In this document: in pieces, positions 38,013-38,285 of the stretch
Position numbering within the stretch: the first letter of the stretch is position 1
Layout: every line of letters begins with the position of its first letter
Virus record (IMG/VR): IMGVR_UViG_3300016474_000553
Coordinates: 1-38,285 of that record
Source of the DNA: a virus
Lineage: Duplodnaviria > Caudoviricetes
Strand: one strand, 5' to 3'
DNA: 38,285 nucleotides
Notes under the pieces: generated by a model
What the model saw: the letters and a program-made list of their open reading frames with translations, nothing else
What the model was told of the DNA's origin: nothing
Databases searched by the model: none
Translations under genes and position numbers: made by a program

Positions 38013-38204
38013 TTAAAGTTGTTTTTTAAGACGCTTTAGTTTTGCTCTTAGTTTTTTCTTCTCCTCCCTCCTAACACGTGGTCCATGATCATACGGGGTG
38101 AAACCTTCTGGGTAAGCCCAAACACTAATCCATTTTGTTTTATCAGTGTTGAGAAACTCAATTCGTTCCTCTATTGCCTTAATCTGTTTTTCTATCTCAC
38201 TCAT
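38013..38204 (-). CDS. Early hypothetical basic protein (cassette)
   Basis: 63 aa between repeats. Confidence 0.75.
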   Translation of the reverse strand: MSEIEKQIKAIEERIEFLNTDKTKWISVWAYPEGFTPYDHGPRVRREEKKKLRAKLKRLKKQL

Positions 38205-38254
38205 GTGCTTTTAATTATATCTGAATATAACATCTTCATCTTGGGAGGCCAAAC

Positions 38255-38284
38255 AGAGGGGGCCCATTTCTGGACCCTTCCTCT
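38255..38284 (-). terminator. GAAA-tetraloop stem-loop abutting the last promoter repeat
   Basis: AGAGG-AA-GGGTCCA-GAAA-TGGGCCC-CCTCT-GTTT. Confidence 0.6.
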
Positions 38285-38285
38285 T

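Larger units (their letters stand above)
36354..38254 (-). repeat. Array of seven ~46-bp promoter/leader repeats, each heading one small gene
   Basis: Copies at about 36354, 36568, 36811, 37352, 37649, 37959 and 38209; consensus GTTTGGC(C/T)(T/C)-N-GATGTTATATT(T/C)AG-NNATAA(A)TTAAAA. Confidence 0.95.

Noticed and set aside
36354-38254. CRISPR array or integron attC interpretation of the repeats
   Set aside because: The spacers are whole ORFs of about 150-490 bp, the repeats are non-palindromic promoter matches, and no cas or integrase gene is present in the window
1-38285. Stop-codon reassignment (code 15 or 4)
   Set aside because: Genes are full length under code 11, TAG and TGA both occur as real stops, and no suppressor tRNA was seen

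Overview
About 38 kb of an AT-rich, large contractile-tailed (T4-like/myovirus) dsDNA phage genome. Every credible gene is on the minus strand, in standard genetic code 11. The host is very probably Bacteroidota: promoters follow the TTTG-N20-TAnnTTT(G/A) pattern and translation starts are A-rich with no Shine-Dalgarno. Read in the direction of transcription (right to left), the window holds: (1) an early region of single-gene cassettes, each preceded by a near-identical ~46-bp promoter/leader repeat (9 copies); (2) a T5orf172 nuclease, a GNAT protein, DUF932 and a small RNA cluster (tRNA-Arg(TCT), tRNA-CAT, a 124-nt aberrant tRNA-like RNA and two structured ncRNA candidates); (3) an HD hydrolase / gp55-like late sigma factor operon; (4) a baseplate/tail module (gp5-like, lysozyme fusion, gp25, gp6, large wedge protein, four paralogous tail-collar-like proteins); (5) GIY-YIG nuclease, primase and PD-(D/E)XK exonuclease; (6) a block of probable head/internal proteins, a holin-like protein, DUF5856 and an unannotated Hc1 histone-like gene. 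The most striking unexplained signal is a shared N-terminal leader, MIKLxD(L/I)LxE, on otherwise unrelated proteins (zeta-like kinase, HAD phosphatase, GNAT, one unknown protein), next to a nucleotidyltransferase-RNase-zincin polyprotein with (L/I)NE linkers. I interpret this as a capsid-targeted, protease-matured enzyme cargo. All family assignments come from motif recognition by eye; no searches were run.
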